Notes: generated by a model not told the origin, from the sequence alone. A stretch of 64,000 bases of DNA from Tubulanus polymorphus (GCF_964204645.1 NC_134029.1:11000850-11064849), one strand, 5' to 3'; shown: positions 15,066 to 28,910, counted from the first letter of the stretch. Numbers and translations are program-made.

Positions 15066-15489
15066 CTAAAAATAAATAGAAGAAATTTTTTTCATTAAAA
15101 CAATGATTCAGGTAGTAAAACTAAAATTCAAATTTCTAATCTGGATTTTGATATTACGTATTCGGAAATTTTTGTGGTTGTCATGTATTTTCTTGTTTTT
15201 ATGTACATTAGGCAAAAAGAATTAAACCTTGTTTCTCATTTTCAAAATCCCTGAAGTACATTGCTAATATCGTAAGGCCTATCTACACGAGAGGAAAAAT
15301 CTGTTATTTTCAATCTACACGAGGATAAAATTTCCAACTAGAATGAGGAAAAGCTTCGAATACCCCCGGCCTGAAATTCACCGCCGCGTGAAGTTACAGT
15401 GAAGTAAATGCATGAGAAATATCATATACAATTATTTCTATAACAATGATATCAGAGAACATGTGTATAAAGTGTAAATAATTTATCAA

Positions 15490-16475
15490 CAGTTGCAGCC
15501 TCTAGGCTGTCTTCCCCTGATGGTTATAATTTGAATCGGTCAACAATTGCGGCCTCTAGTAATAATTTGAATCGAATCGACCCAATTTTAAAAAGGGTTC
15601 TGGCCCAAGTGATACCCTACTTGTGTACCAAGTTTAACAACAATTGCAGCCTCTAGGCCGTTCTTCATGTCAGCCCCTTGGTGGCAATAATCTTAATTGA
15701 ATCAACCCAATTTTAAATAGGGTTCTGGCCAAAGTGAAACCAATTGTGGCCTTTAAGCTGTTAACATTGTTTTTCATGTTGGCCTCCTGGTGGCCATAAT
15801 TTGAATCGAATTCGGTCCCAAGTGAATCGAATTCAGTCCTAGTTGTGAACCAAGTTTGAAATGAATCGGTCACCAATTGTGACCTCTAGGCTGTTAACGT
15901 CGTTGTTCATGTTGGCCCCCTGGTGGCCATAATTTGAATTTAAGCAAACCAATTTTAAATAGGCTTTTGGCCCAAGTGATATCCTTCTTGTGTACCAAGG
16001 TTGAATTGAGTGGGTCATCAATTGCGGCTTTTAGGCTGTTAACGTTGTTTTTCATGTCAGCCCCCAGGTGGCCATAATTTTGATCGAATTGACCCAATTT
16101 TATATAGGATTCTGGCTCAAGTGATATCCTACTTGTGTACCAAGTTTGAAATGAATAGGTCACCAATTGCGGCCTCTAGGCTGTTAACGTTGTTTTTCAT
16201 GTTGTCCCTGGTGGCCATAATTTTAATCAAATCTACCCAATTTTACATAGTGTTCTGGCCCAAGTGATATCCCACTTGTGTACCAAGTTTGAAATGAATC
16301 GGTCAACAATCGCGGCCTCTAGGCTATTAACCTCGCTTTCATGTTGGCCCCCTGGTGGCCATAATTTGAATTGAATCGATCCAATTTGAAATAGGGTTCT
16401 GGCCCAAGTGATATCCTACTTGTGTACCAAGTTTGAAAACAATCGGTCAGCAATTGCGGCCTCTAGGCTGTTAAA
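15490..16475. repeat. ~143-bp tandem repeat (about 7 partly truncated units) in SAXO intron 3
   Basis: Recurring aattgcggcctctaggctgttaac...gccccctggtggccataatttg...cttgtgtaccaagtttgaa; unit starts at about 16021, 16166 and 16309. Confidence 0.85.
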
Positions 16476-19301
16476 GGCTGAGTTAAATGGAGGTCCAAAA
16501 ACCCACCGGTTGGTACTTGAGATTTGTAGTGCAGGCCAAATCCCACTAGCAACTAGCAAGTGGTAGCCTAGTCTGTTTATAATGTTTACTGGAACACATC
16601 TGACTTACACCAGTATCGCAGTGACTTTTCTCGTATATGTTTGATATCATTTTGGTCATAGTAATCTTCTTAATTAGAATTCGCTGATTTTGTAAAGAAT
16701 TCCTCCAGTAATAATGGATTTGAACATAAAATCTGTATTTTCAATTTGTTAAATTTTTGTTCGATTTTGATGAAATTTACATACATTGTTACTAATAAGA
16801 AGTTTAGATGATATATAGATTTTGAGTTTGATACAACTTTCAGGTAAAAAGTTTTCTAACCCCCAAAATTATGCACTAGGGAGCTGCAACTGTTTTGTTT
16901 ATATAGGTTTATGACTCTAGGTCACTGTGCTCTCTGTGGTGAGGTGGATGACTCCTCCCAGCTTGTCATTCAAGGATTTGAAAATTTGAAGAATGCTAAG
17001 TAAATTGTTTAAGTAAATTGGTTATTTATGCATGACGGAGCGCTTAAACTAAATTTTAAGTCATAGATATGACTATATTACATGTTCATGCATATTCCTG
17101 ACAAAAAGTAGGGTCCAAATCGGTTAACTGACAGAGATATTAGGGAAATACCAGTTTCAACCGCTTGAGCTCTTGACTGCTCGATGGGTTCAGAGATACT
17201 GCCATGTCTGAGAGATGATGGGCCTTTTATACTGGAAGTCGGCCTTTAACATCACTTGTGGCGGCTGCATACTCAGACAGCTTGATTCTTTCAAAATGTG
17301 ACTGATGTGACACATTTTTCATATCTCCCCTATGTTTACAGAATGATTAGGGCCTATATAAACTTGCTTATAGGTTCTTCAATTGCACCATCCTTTTTAG
17401 ATAGCATTTGTTTTGAATTTCAACAATTAAGAGCAATTAGTAAAATAGAGGAAAAAATCAATGATAAATGTGACTTATGGCACATCCTGACGGCTTTATT
17501 TTGCGATGGATTTGTCATAGCAGTGTCAAAACAGTGTAAAAATGCAGGCCAAAATGGTAAAATAGCCTCTTTGGCTTTGTATTCTGCCAGGAGAATTTAG
17601 TGGGTAAATCTATATGCCCCTCTCAACTTAAGTTGAGCCGCGGGCATAAAAGCCGCCTTTTAAAAAGGTGGCTCCGTTTAGGCCTACTCGCGAGTAGGCC
17701 CCAAAGGAGCCGCTTTTTAGTTGATTCTTTAACATTTTTAACCCAGAAATTAAAGGGGAGTGCAATCACCACTCTACAACGTTTGTGTAATCGAAATCTT
17801 CGCTTCCCCGTTACTTCCAATTCAATCGTATAGATGCGCGCCTTTCAAAATACAGGCTCCAAAACAGACGGTTCCAACGGGCCCAGTTTTTTTAGTGCCT
17901 CCATGTAGATGGGCCTTTAATGTTTGTATGCCAAAGGATCATGCCAAAAATATTCAAGGAAACTTTGAAATCAAGGGATAGACCCCAGACACCCACATTG
18001 ATACCGAAGATGTCAGATGGGTTTGATTTTATTTTCTCATTTTCCATGATTGATTTCAATTATGATTTTTGTTTAGAAATGATTTTGCTATAGCATATAT
18101 AGGCTAGTTAATATTGAACAGGTCGCTCTTTTTACATTTGTATCAATTTGTATTCACACTACAATGAATAGGTTATAGATTATACCATTTATATCTTGTT
18201 TTCCACTTGTACAGCAATACTATGAATGTTTACCTTCCTTAGCCATAGTTGCTAAGGTTATAAACAATACCATACAATTGATATCAGACATTTCTTCAGT
18301 ATGAAAAAGGCTTACTTGACAAATGACAAGCCGTTTATTATGGAACGAGTTTTCTATAACTCCTCCAGCCACAAATATATGTATTACAGGTGCCCGTTTC
18401 AGTCCTATAGCCATATGATCAGTTAATGAATTTGAGCAAAACACTTTCAATCATTTGTAAAATTTTCAAATCGTAGATTTATTTTTCATGAATGGAAGAT
18501 CAGACTTTAACCATTATTTTAGATTTGTATCTTTTTCATTTGTAAGATAAACATGGAATTTAGGCCTAAAAGCTGATATTTTTCACCAACCTTTTAAAAT
18601 GTATAGGCTATATTTTAATGAGCACACATCCATTCCATTACAACAAATATTCAAATTATGTCACAGATATATTCTTATCAATTGAATAAGAGAAAATGAT
18701 TAGCGTAAGATCGAGCACCAGACCTAATCTGAATTTAAGATCAAAGAAAAATTTCAAGTTGATCAGCTTAGTCTTCAAAGTCAAAAATTCAAAGTAGCTC
18801 TGGCATGTAAGTGAAAGTGAACGTATTGCTTGTTCAAACAGCTTGCAAGGCAGTTTACCCACCTAAACAAATGTAAGTGAAATTCTTTACTTTACCTAGC
18901 CTACAGTAGTTTTAATAACAATAGGCCTTATAAGATTTATTGCATTTTGTTTTAATGCAGTGGGAGATTTTAAATTGGGGTGTGCATACGAACACAAAGA
19001 TTTCAATGCGAACTTTCCACTTTCAATTGATTATTACAATCTGATGGTATGTAATGAATGAAACACAACATAAATCCCATGCGCGATTCGATACTCAATT
19101 AGTATTCATTACCCAAGCAAGTCCAAAAATGCTAGCGTGAATTTTATTCCTCGCCTGTTGCACTGAAATAACCTCCATCAAATTCAATGCCCTAAAATTG
19201 TACTACTAAGTTAACAAGTGGATTGACATTGAAACTACATGTATTTATCTGCCCTGAAACCTTCTTAATTTGATTTAAAAGTAGCTAGGCCTATTTTTTA
19301 C

Positions 19302-19414
19302 CTGTGTAATCTTTCTTGTAAGAAGTCAGACCATCGATATCTCCGGCTGGAGGTACATAAGGCATTCCCGCATGAACAAATGGCTTTTCCAATGGATGAG
19401 CTATGTAATCTAAC
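19302..19414 (-). CDS. SAXO: SAXO exon 3 (113 bp)
   Basis: ttgtAG|...|GTaaaa; (R)LDYIAHPLEKPFVHAGMPYVPPAGDIDGLTSYKKDYT. Confidence 0.88.
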
Positions 19415-20185
19415 CTACAATGAACAACAATGGTTGGATTATTTGCAATTTCTGGCATAGGCCTTAAAATCTGCATTCAGGCCCACTCCTCAATGAATTT
19501 GATAATTTCACTACCAGGTAATTCAGTTTATCTTAAGTTGATTTAGGAGTTAATCCTTCTTCAAAACTGGGTTATTTGGGGGACCATTTGTATTTTGCTC
19601 AAATCCAGCATCGTAGATTTAATCAACTTTTTATCAAATGATTACAAGTCATTTTCATCCCAAACAATCTGAACCTGCCATACATGCTCTATGTGCGACG
19701 TTATTATCCATAATTTCGTTAATAACAAATTTATCTGTGAATATAATGCATCAATTCGTTCAGTATGAAATTTGCATTCAGAAATAGATTATGAATTGGC
19801 ATAAATTTGTTTTTGTTTACATCTATCAGCATTTGTTTACCAAGCATACGCTAGCATAATACTAAAAAATTTTCACCATTTTTCACCTGAAACTAGGCAT
19901 TGTAACACTTTAGGCTTCATTAGCAACAAGACAACTTGAGCGATGTGTGTCATTAAATCGTATTAAAATTAATTTTATCGTTGAACAAATATAAAACGTC
20001 ATAAGGTTAGTGTAGATAGTTTATTTATTAAAATCGGTTGTTTATTTGTTGAGATATTGCAGTTTAAACACAGACAAAATGCTGACTGAATTCCTGTCGG
20101 CAACTCACATGAATTTGAATGTACGTGTCTGGGCGGGTGGGTACAATAGGATCGTAGAGCGACGGACATCACTGTGGAGACAACC

Positions 20186-20554
20186 ACATCAGGTGGTCTA
20201 GCTCAGTCAGTTTTGGTGGTACATAGGCTACCGGATAAAAGTCTTGATAGGACCAGAATGGGCTGGAAGTCGAACTAAGTCATTGCTTTTAAATCCATTT
20301 TATACTGTATTGAAACATTGCAAAAAACTTCATTTTCTCATGTCGAAAGGAAAAAATATTTTCAAATGGTAGACATGGAAACATAAATTATATTGTTAAT
20401 ATTGATTTAGCTCATAAAATGGGGTCTCTTTTCTCTAGAATAGATTAAAAAACAATGTTTTTTAGTTCAACTGCCAGTCATTCTGGTCCTATTAAGACTT
20501 TTATCTGGTAGGCCTATATTCCACCAAATTTGATTGAGCTAGACCGCCTGATGT
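20186..20554. mobile_element. MITE with ~95-bp TIRs; a further partial copy lies at ~29680-29920
   Basis: acatcaggtggtctagctcagtc...gaactaa versus ttagttc...tgagctagaccgcctgatgt. Confidence 0.8.
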
Positions 20555-23022
20555 ACTCTAAATCAAGTTGAAGTAGATGTTAGTACGCAGGTGCTCAGTA
20601 CAAACTGACAACACGTGCGTAGGTCATCGACTCCTAATGCAGGCATATAAAAAATCCTGGTGCCCCCTGTTCAGGAATACCTCCAGCTTACAACGGTTAT
20701 AAGATGTCGATGTCTGAGGTACTGAAAACAAAATTTTTTGCTTGGGAGTCGAATGTATAGCAACTTGGTTTTTCGTCTTTCATATGAAAGTTATATTACT
20801 GTGGCGAGTATGATTTAGAAAGGAAACAATACATTGAATATGCACATGCACAGCTTTTACGGTAGTCACTAGAATGATTGGCAGCTGGTTGGAATGAAGC
20901 CATTTCCTGGAAAACTACAACAAGAAACGAATATCTTAATATGGACTATCCTAAATTTACATGATATTGTATGTTTAATCCAGCATCAAAATTAAACAGT
21001 GGCGCTCTAGCAGAAGAAATGAAAAAGAGTGAAAACTTATTGAATTCAAATGGGATAAAACTGACTTCACGGATAATTAAATCAAAAATAAGGACGGAAA
21101 ATATCAAGAAACAAACGCAACTGCATGATTATTCATAATGAATGAGGTAGCGGGTTTTACCCGCTGACTCTCCACGTTCATGGTGAGATGCTGATTTCAT
21201 TTATTTCATACACTGTGTACGAAGATTGTTAGCCAATTTATTTTCGTAAATTGAACAATTTTCCAAGATTTACCAAGATTCCCTTCCCCCTTTCCCAATT
21301 TCACCGCCCTTCTATAAAATTCACTGCTTTTCACGGCCGCCCGCGACGAACCCTGGCACTTGAATCATAAGCAGTCTATTTCCAAGAACACTAGGTCACA
21401 CGAGGCGCGCTTTTCATATACATACACAGATCAATACACTACATAGCAGCGAGTCTATGACCATGATACGCACTTGCATGAATATATGTAAAAAGGCATG
21501 TGTTCTCCCGAAACGAAATGTAATTCCAACAACAAATAAAAAACTAAATTAATAAATAAGCAACGCATTCCAATGAAATTCAATAGGGTTAGAGATTTTA
21601 TATTAGCATAAAATGTTTTGAAAGTTCCGAAGAGAAACAAAGCCTCGTTTGGAAGTTATGTTGTAGGCCTACCAAAGGAAGAAAGTCTCATATGTGATAG
21701 GAAAAATGGACTTTGCTAAAGCGAAAGTCCATAAAAAGACACATTTAAGACACATTTTTCACACGATGCCTGATGACTATATTTACTCACTCTGTGTTAT
21801 CAGCGATACAGACTTATTGTGTAATTGTTCAAAAATGGATCGTATAAGCCGCAACCACACAGAGACGATTTGGCCCAAACCGAATAAGCACGGATCAGTT
21901 TTTGGTCAGGCCAAATTTGGCCAGGGCCAATCAGACGCGCCCCATTTAGCACCCGTAAGAACAGTTCTTCCGGGGAATGCTTGGGTGATCACAGCTTATT
22001 GTAAGATTTCAGGTTTTTCCTTGCTTTATTTCTAAATTCCAAGATTATATCTGGCCAGAAATATTACAAAATATTTATTTCAAGCTTTCCAGGCTATTTC
22101 GGATCAAACCCTGCGAATCCTAAAGGCCCATAGGCCAACATTTTCTTAGGTAAACTAAGGCATAGGCCTATTGCACACAAACGCTAAGTTGAATTGCGAT
22201 TAGTGCAGCACTAGAAATAAAACATATGTCGGACTCTCATAACATAAAATCAATGTCAAACAGGCACAGGCTATATAACATCAGGCCTAATGTAATAACT
22301 ATACCAGCAGTTTTAGACCAGTAAAGCACACACAGCTAATGTTAAAAGAGGCCTATGCCTGGATAGTTGAATATGATCTGTGTTGAGCCTCAATCAAAAC
22401 AATTTGAAACTTCGATTATAATAAATTCAATCATTTATTTAACCTACTTTACTGGTTATAGGGGTAAATTAGGCCTATATTGATATTGTGACATTCCAAA
22501 TGGTCATTCAAAATGTGGTCTAATTAGGATACGGGATCACCGTGTGAATGACCTCATTACCAAAAGCCAATGAGAACAATATGGAATTTCCCGGATGTAA
22601 CAAAAACAGTAGCAAATAAAATTTTTATATAAATTTCACCGAATTGAATGGAGTAAGGGATAGACTGGTAGCGGTTTAGACAGTCTACCAGACCTATGGA
22701 GGCCTAACTCGAATGTTTTACGGAAATCATAGGCTCAATGATTCTTTTGATGGGTAGGCCTATAGATTCTAATGGTATTAATCGCACGACTTAAGTCTTT
22801 GGCACGCAAGTAGAGTATCGAAACACACCATTTTGTGAGCTAGAAGATATCTTTGGACAGGTCTCCAACTGGATAACTGTCGCTGATGACTAATTCAAAA
22901 ATGCAATTGGTATAGACCTAGAGTAAAGCCGCCTCATTCTGCTTGAAAAACAATAGATTCATTCAGGCATGTCAGTCAAGACATTCTTTAACAATTTAAG
23001 TATAAAAACTCTTTAGTCGTAC

Positions 23023-23193
23023 CTGTTAGTGGTGGCATCAGCCATTGGCCCAGCACCTTTCACTGGTTCATAGGCGGGCTTAAACGCCTCCCGTCTATCG
23101 AAAGGATGAGGGTGATATTTTTGAGCATATTCCGTCAGTAGGCACGGCTTGTCTCCTTTACTTGTAACTGGTCTATGTGGACATTTATGACGA
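23023..23193 (-). CDS. SAXO: SAXO exon 2 (171 bp)
   Basis: ttttAG|...|GTacga; (G)RHKCPHRPVTSKGDKPCLLTEYAQKYHPHPFDRREAFKPAYEPVKGAGPMADATTN(R). Confidence 0.9.
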
Positions 23194-23756
23194 CTAAAAT
23201 GAAAGAAAAAAACAGGATTAATTCCTTATAAAAGAACAAGAGGCCTATGGGCCTTGAAGCATTGGTAGATTATACTGTGGTGAGGTTTTGAGTGGTTAAT
23301 GCTTTACATCTGCTGGAAAATGTTCTATGACGTTGATTGGGAGGACCACAGGCTTTAGAATTGAATGAATTTCATTTTTCTGCCGAACGATTTAGCCTGC
23401 ACTATTTGTACTGTTAAACCTCATTAATGCGATTTTGTTAAAGACAAAACTAGTTTATTCCGATTTTTTTCACCATGTCCGAGGCTAGAGATTTATATCA
23501 ATCAAGATTTGTATACAAAAACCCATTTAGGCCCTAATACAACAAATTCGGCACTTTCGTCTACACAAGATTCATATTCAACGTACAACTGTAAGGGTAA
23601 TCTCGACTGACTGTGGTTTTTCTTGCATCTGTTAAGCCCTATTGCTGAATAATGAAAACAAAAACAGAACGATTTTGCAATTTACGACAAACAACGTGTA
23701 AATTTAATCACTGTTGTGGTGTTCAATGCATGGAAAAGATAAGTATTTTTCCTGGC

Positions 23757-25297
23757 GCGCATTAAGCGAATCTATCTGCCGAGTGAGTAGGGGGCTGCTA
23801 CCACCCTGTGAGTGCGCGGGAGGCGGGCAGGGCATCTTAAAAGTGAAAACTTATCTTAAAATTGAATAAGATAATCTCTATGTTTATTGGTGATATCGTA
23901 TCATGGTTGGGTGGTACTGTTTACCGTTTGATGTTTCGTGTCATCATGAAATGGTTTTAGCTTTAGTAAAGACGTTCACTGCGCAATCACATAACTTACT
24001 AGCCTACGGGTTTCAGTCATGAGTAGGCCAACTGTTCCACTGCTCTAGAAATGTATTCTGCCTCTGAGAATTAATCCCAATTAATCTCATTGCTTCTAAT
24101 AGGAGGAATTATTTAAAGACTATGATTTTTATATACCGGGGCTACATAAATACATTGCAATTAACAGAAGTTAACCTCTAGGCCTATATGATACTTTAGC
24201 GTCAGACGTTGTAGGGAACCGGTAACAACGACTGGTAGGCTATTCAGACTACACCTAACCAACCCTATCCCTAGTTGTGAAACGGAACCCTCTTCTCACC
24301 CTCTTGACACTAACCTAGTTTGAATACCAGTCGTTGTTACGGTTCCGTACAACGTCTGACGCTAAAGTATCATATAGAGGTTAACTCCTGTTAGGCTAAT
24401 TGCAATGCAACAACTGATTTTAGTGTCAAATCAAACCTTTGTACTAAAATAAATAAATTAGTTACCTTGTTGACTTTGAAAACGTGTGTTATAATAAAAT
24501 CTTTGATGATTTAAATCGCGAACCGGAGAATTTATTGATTTGAATTGAATTGATTGCCACTATCGGGATTACAAATTTATGCACAATCAATAGTTAACTT
24601 CCATCTGATTACAGAACTGTCAGCTTGAGGTAAGTTTATGGTGTTTTAAGGGGTGAAATAGACGCATTAAGCGAATCTATCTACCGAGTGCGTAGGGGGC
24701 TGCTACCACCCTGTGAGTGCGCGGGAGGCGGGCAGGGCATCTTAAAGTGAAAACTTATCTTAGAATATAGCCAAACCGATGGAATTATACGATAAACTGT
24801 CAGTCAACGGACTGATGATGCAACATGGTTATTCTCGGCGTAATTAACAATTATATTTTTCTCCAATAAACAACTCTGGTAAAATTGAATAAGATAATCT
24901 CTATCTTTATTGGTGATATCGTATCATGGTTGGGTGGTACTGTTTACCGTTTGATGTTTCGTGTCATCATGAAATGGTTTTAGCTTTAGTAAAGACGTTC
25001 ACTGCGCAATCACATAACTTACTAGCCTATGGGTTTCAGTCATGAGTAGGCCAACTGTTCCACTGCTCTAGAAATGTATTCTGCCTCTGAGAATTAATCC
25101 CAATTAATCTCATTACTTCTAATAGGAGGAATTATTTAAAGACTATGATTTTTATATACCGGGGCTACATAAATACATTGCAATTAACAGAAGTTCTAGG
25201 CCTATATGATACTTTAGCGTCAGACATTGTAGGGAACCGGTAACAACGACAGTTTGAGGTAAGTTTATGGTGTTTTAATAAGGGGTGAAATAGACGT
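23757..25297. repeat. Recent local tandem duplication in SAXO intron 1 (23757-24664 versus 24665-25297, with an insertion and a deletion in copy 2)
   Basis: Near-identical blocks beginning gcattaagcgaatctatct and aaaattgaataagataatctcta in both copies. Confidence 0.85.
24154..24407. mobile_element. Fold-back MITE (~90-bp arms)
   Basis: cattgcaattaacagaagttaacctcta...acaacgactggta versus taccagtcgttgt...attgcaatg. Confidence 0.75.
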
Positions 25298-25359
25298 TGA
25301 AAGCCTTGCCCCTCAAAATGAGAGACGAAAATTAACCTTATATGAGCACTTTCGCCCTA

Positions 25360-25829
25360 CTGTCTGTCACACATGCTCTTCGTGCGACGTTTTGGTCCGT
25401 AATTTCGTTAATAATCGGTTGATCTGTAAATATTATGCATCAATTTGTTCAGTAAGGAATTTGCATTCAGAAATAAATCATAAACTGGCATAAATTTGTT
25501 TGTGTTTTCTTCTATCAGCGATAGTTTACCTAGCATACGCTCGCGTAATGCTGAAAAACGGCTTTTATGGCCCGTCACGTGGCGCCACCTACTGTATTTT
25601 GATATGCTAATGAGCAGGTGATGATTTTTCAGCATTACGCGAGCGTATGCTGAGTAAACTATCGCTCATAAATGAAAACAAAAACAACTTAGGCCTAAGT
25701 GAAAATTGTTGTTTATTTCTGAATGCAAATTCCTCACTGAACAAATTGATGCGTAATAAAGGTAGATAAACCGATTATTAACGAAATTACGGACCAAAAC
25801 GTCGCACGGAGAGTAGGTGTGACAGACAG
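25360..25829. mobile_element. Palindromic MITE with TA target duplication (Tc1/mariner-like); degenerate copy near 19670-20000
   Basis: TA|ctgtctgtcacac...gtgtgacagacag|TA with ~200-bp inverted arms. Confidence 0.8.
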
Positions 25830-26314
25830 TAGACGTTGTTTCAGGAACAACGGCTAGCTAGGTACTAGACTAGACACTAACCCTATCGAAACCCTAACCA
25901 TAAACCCATTATAATGATTTTATTGTCACATAATATATGGATCCGGCAAAAGATCTTTTATAGGTCTAAGCCAGTGTGTCACTGTCAACAACAAAAAATG
26001 TCAAAAACACCACACGTCACCCACATGAAAATGAAGGCCAAAGGCAAAGGCTGTGAATAATCTGAAAACATTTCACAGATAGGCCTATCCATTGGATATT
26101 CTTAGGAGATAGCCTATATATTTAGTCAATATAATTCAAAGTGTCTGGATACGAGTAGCCAGTTTAGCCTGGTTTTTTTGGTGACAACGACGTCGATCGC
26201 TGCAATATACGGACACGGTGGTAGGCCTACCCTGATTAATTTCTGCATTCCGCCGCTACTATTAGTATTAGGCCTACTATTAGGGCTACGAGCCCCTATG
26301 CAAAAATCACTTAC

Positions 26315-26352
26315 CCACAATTACATATTTGGCAGATACACAATTTTCCCAT
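26315..26352 (-). CDS. SAXO: SAXO exon 1 (38 bp coding)
   Basis: ATG...MGKLCICQICNC(G)|GTaagt gives the family N-terminal CICxICxCGRHxCPH motif; the five exons sum to 1407 nt = 468 aa + stop. Confidence 0.92.
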
Positions 26353-26945
26353 CTTATATTCGTGATTTTATATCCCTTTTCGAAAGTAAAACGGTCTAAA
26401 TGTCGTTACTTTCAGACCAACTAATAACCAAGTCTTCCTTCGTTTAGCTTCATACTCAGTTAGGTTGTTAGGCAAGCCACACTGTTTATAGCAACAACAA
26501 ATGGATAGGGGAGTTAGCTTAGAACTGAATTTGTACGATTGTATTTTTCTCTTGACCTTTATTCAGACATTTCACAATATCTTCTAAAAATATATTAATA
26601 TCAGTAATTAGATATCTTAATTGTTAGCAGTTTTGATACTCAACTATGTAGTGCCATTAATATTTCAACGGGCAACCTAACCCCCCTAAAGTAAATAATG
26701 GGTTTTAAGCTAGCGACACTAGACGGCAATATGGGCTCCCGGCGTGATCTGGTGAAGGGAGTTCGAATCCTACAATTCTTCTTTAATAAATAACTGTCTG
26801 ACATTTTTCATTTCCCGGAGTTATCGGTAGGAGAATTGGGGTTGCTATGATTATATTTTTGGGGTAGGGCATGAAAGCCGGCCGCGCCACTGGTAGTGGT
26901 AACTACAGTCGCGGTGCGGCCGCAATTACCGCGGTCTTTATTTGA

Positions 26946-27800
26946 ACTAAATATGGTGATAAATAAATTGTACTTTTAGACAAGGCCAAAGTAAAACACA
27001 TACATTAAGAACATATTTACTAGATATATTTAATAGGATATCCAGTGAAGATATTGAAGATTTTTAGGGTTTAGGGTTTTAAGATAAATCTTATTTGATA
27101 TCAAGGAAAAGATGAAAAAAATCATCATTTTATAGATTTAGAATAAAAAAATTATGTATAATTCATTTATCATAAATGGTGGAATTGAAAGAACATATAA
27201 TATAAGCTTATATTGATACCCAAGAATTGAGAAATCAGAAATCACACAGTTTAAAAATACAGAATAGAGAATTAGGCCTAAGTAATTAAGTGTTGATATT
27301 AAATAAGTTAATGTTAGATTATTACTTTCAGAATATATCGAATTAAACTATTGAACATAGGTCAATTCATGATTTGTAGAAAAGATTTTGAGCTCTGGAA
27401 CCCATTTTGCTAAGGCCAGGTTTTTATAATGTAGATGAATTAGTAGAAGAAATTAAGAGCTAAAAATAGTCGAAGGCCTTACTGATATGAGAAATGAACC
27501 ATTTGAAATGAAAATTCTTAAATCCAATCACTCAGATAGAATACAAATAAAGATTAACTATATATACATTCATATTCATTTATGTTTAAGAAACCAATAG
27601 CTGATTTATTTGGATTAAATCCAGAACTTATGTATGGAAATACAATTGAAGGTTGTTCGAAAATTTTACCATTTTCACATTTTCATATATATGTTTGTTG
27701 TAAACATTTTGAAGCTTTTGATCAAAATGTTCATCCATCGAATTTGATGGCTGTATTACCATTAAAAATATAAAATAATTTTGACCACAAATTAATTATC
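26946..27800 (+). pseudogene. Fossil Polinton fragment: 3' part of the 113-aa (SSB-like) gene plus the penton gene
   Basis: Translates TKYGDK...RTYLLDIFNRISSEDIED...QGKDEKNHHFIDLE*, then MVELKE (ATG 27176)...KKPIADLFGLNP...ILPFSHFHIY...VLPLK; collinear with 43510-44350. Confidence 0.85.
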
Positions 27801-28098
27801 GATGATATCAAAACAAATAATCACTAACATATATGATAATAAAGCTGAACAATAATGTTATAAATATTGATAAGACGAGAAGATACACAATATCCGTGTA
27901 TGATGATAACGAGAGAAATTAAAAATCCATAAAAGAACAAACGGTTTCATTTTCCATATATATATATATATATATATATATACTACAGTACAGTAGAAAC
28001 TACAGTATGATATAAGTTTACAGAAACAGGTCAACAGTGGTGCTTAAAATAGCAGAAGATTACATAATATAACCTGGCAACAACCAGATCAGGCCAGA

Positions 28099-28287
28099 TT
28101 AACGAAATACATTTAAAATGAATGAGGATCCATTTTGAAACAATTGTAAGTTTAAAGACGGCTTTTCTAATTTAATAAACAACGCCTCTCGAATTTTACA
28201 TTCAAAGTCTGAGTTAGCTTTGTCTAAAATCTTGAATTTGTTTTCATTGAAGTCCTGACTACAGGTGGAACAGATAGTTCCACCCAA
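28099..28287 (-). pseudogene. Penelope-like retroelement GIY-YIG endonuclease C-terminal fragment
   Basis: FKILDKANSDFECKIREALFIKLEKPSLNLQ matches the PLE C-terminal motif (F.IL...L.I.EAL.I....P.LN.Q). Confidence 0.7.
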
Positions 28288-28768
28288 CTATCTATTATCG
28301 TTATCGTGGAATTTCTCTCGTTAAATATTGATACAATTATAATAACTAAGGTAACTAAATATCATAAAGATATTAACTTTTTTCCTAAAAAATGGATCAA
28401 GAGTGGATAATGAACGGATACAATGGTACATTTTTATCAGTAGTAGGCTGCTGGGTATGTACTATGTTATCGAAACAAAAGTATTTACAGTGGGAAACTT
28501 TTATAACAGCGTTGATATTTAACTAAATTTAGTCTAAATTAAAATAACATTTTATAGGTCTAGTTCATGATTTCTATTTCTTATTTTACAAATATTGTCT
28601 TATATTCATTGATGTTACTAAGGGGGCAGGGTGTCATTCAGTTTTGGAGTGTCGGACTGTTTGTTTGTTTTAGAAATGTACTTGAAGTGTCAGTCAGTTT
28701 GTATTGTTTTGATAACTGCCTTCTGGTCTCTGCCACCTTGGTGTCTTAGTAATGGTATAATAGTATCT

Positions 28769-28910
28769 AGGGGCCAGTTGCACAGTCGTGACTTAAGTCA
28801 GTTAGTGGTCTTGAATCTTAAGACCGGTCTTAAATTGTTAGATTTGCTATAGAACTAAGTTGGTCTTAGACTGGTCTTAAGTCTAAGCCATGATTATGCA
28901 ACCAGCCCCT
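28769..28910. mobile_element. Short MITE (~140 bp)
   Basis: aggggccagttgcacagtcgtgactta versus taagccatgattatgcaaccagcccct. Confidence 0.65.

Noticed and set aside
27063-27079. TTTAGGG x2 telomere-like motif within the fossil Polinton fragment
   Set aside because: Only two units; compatible with chance or a small duplication
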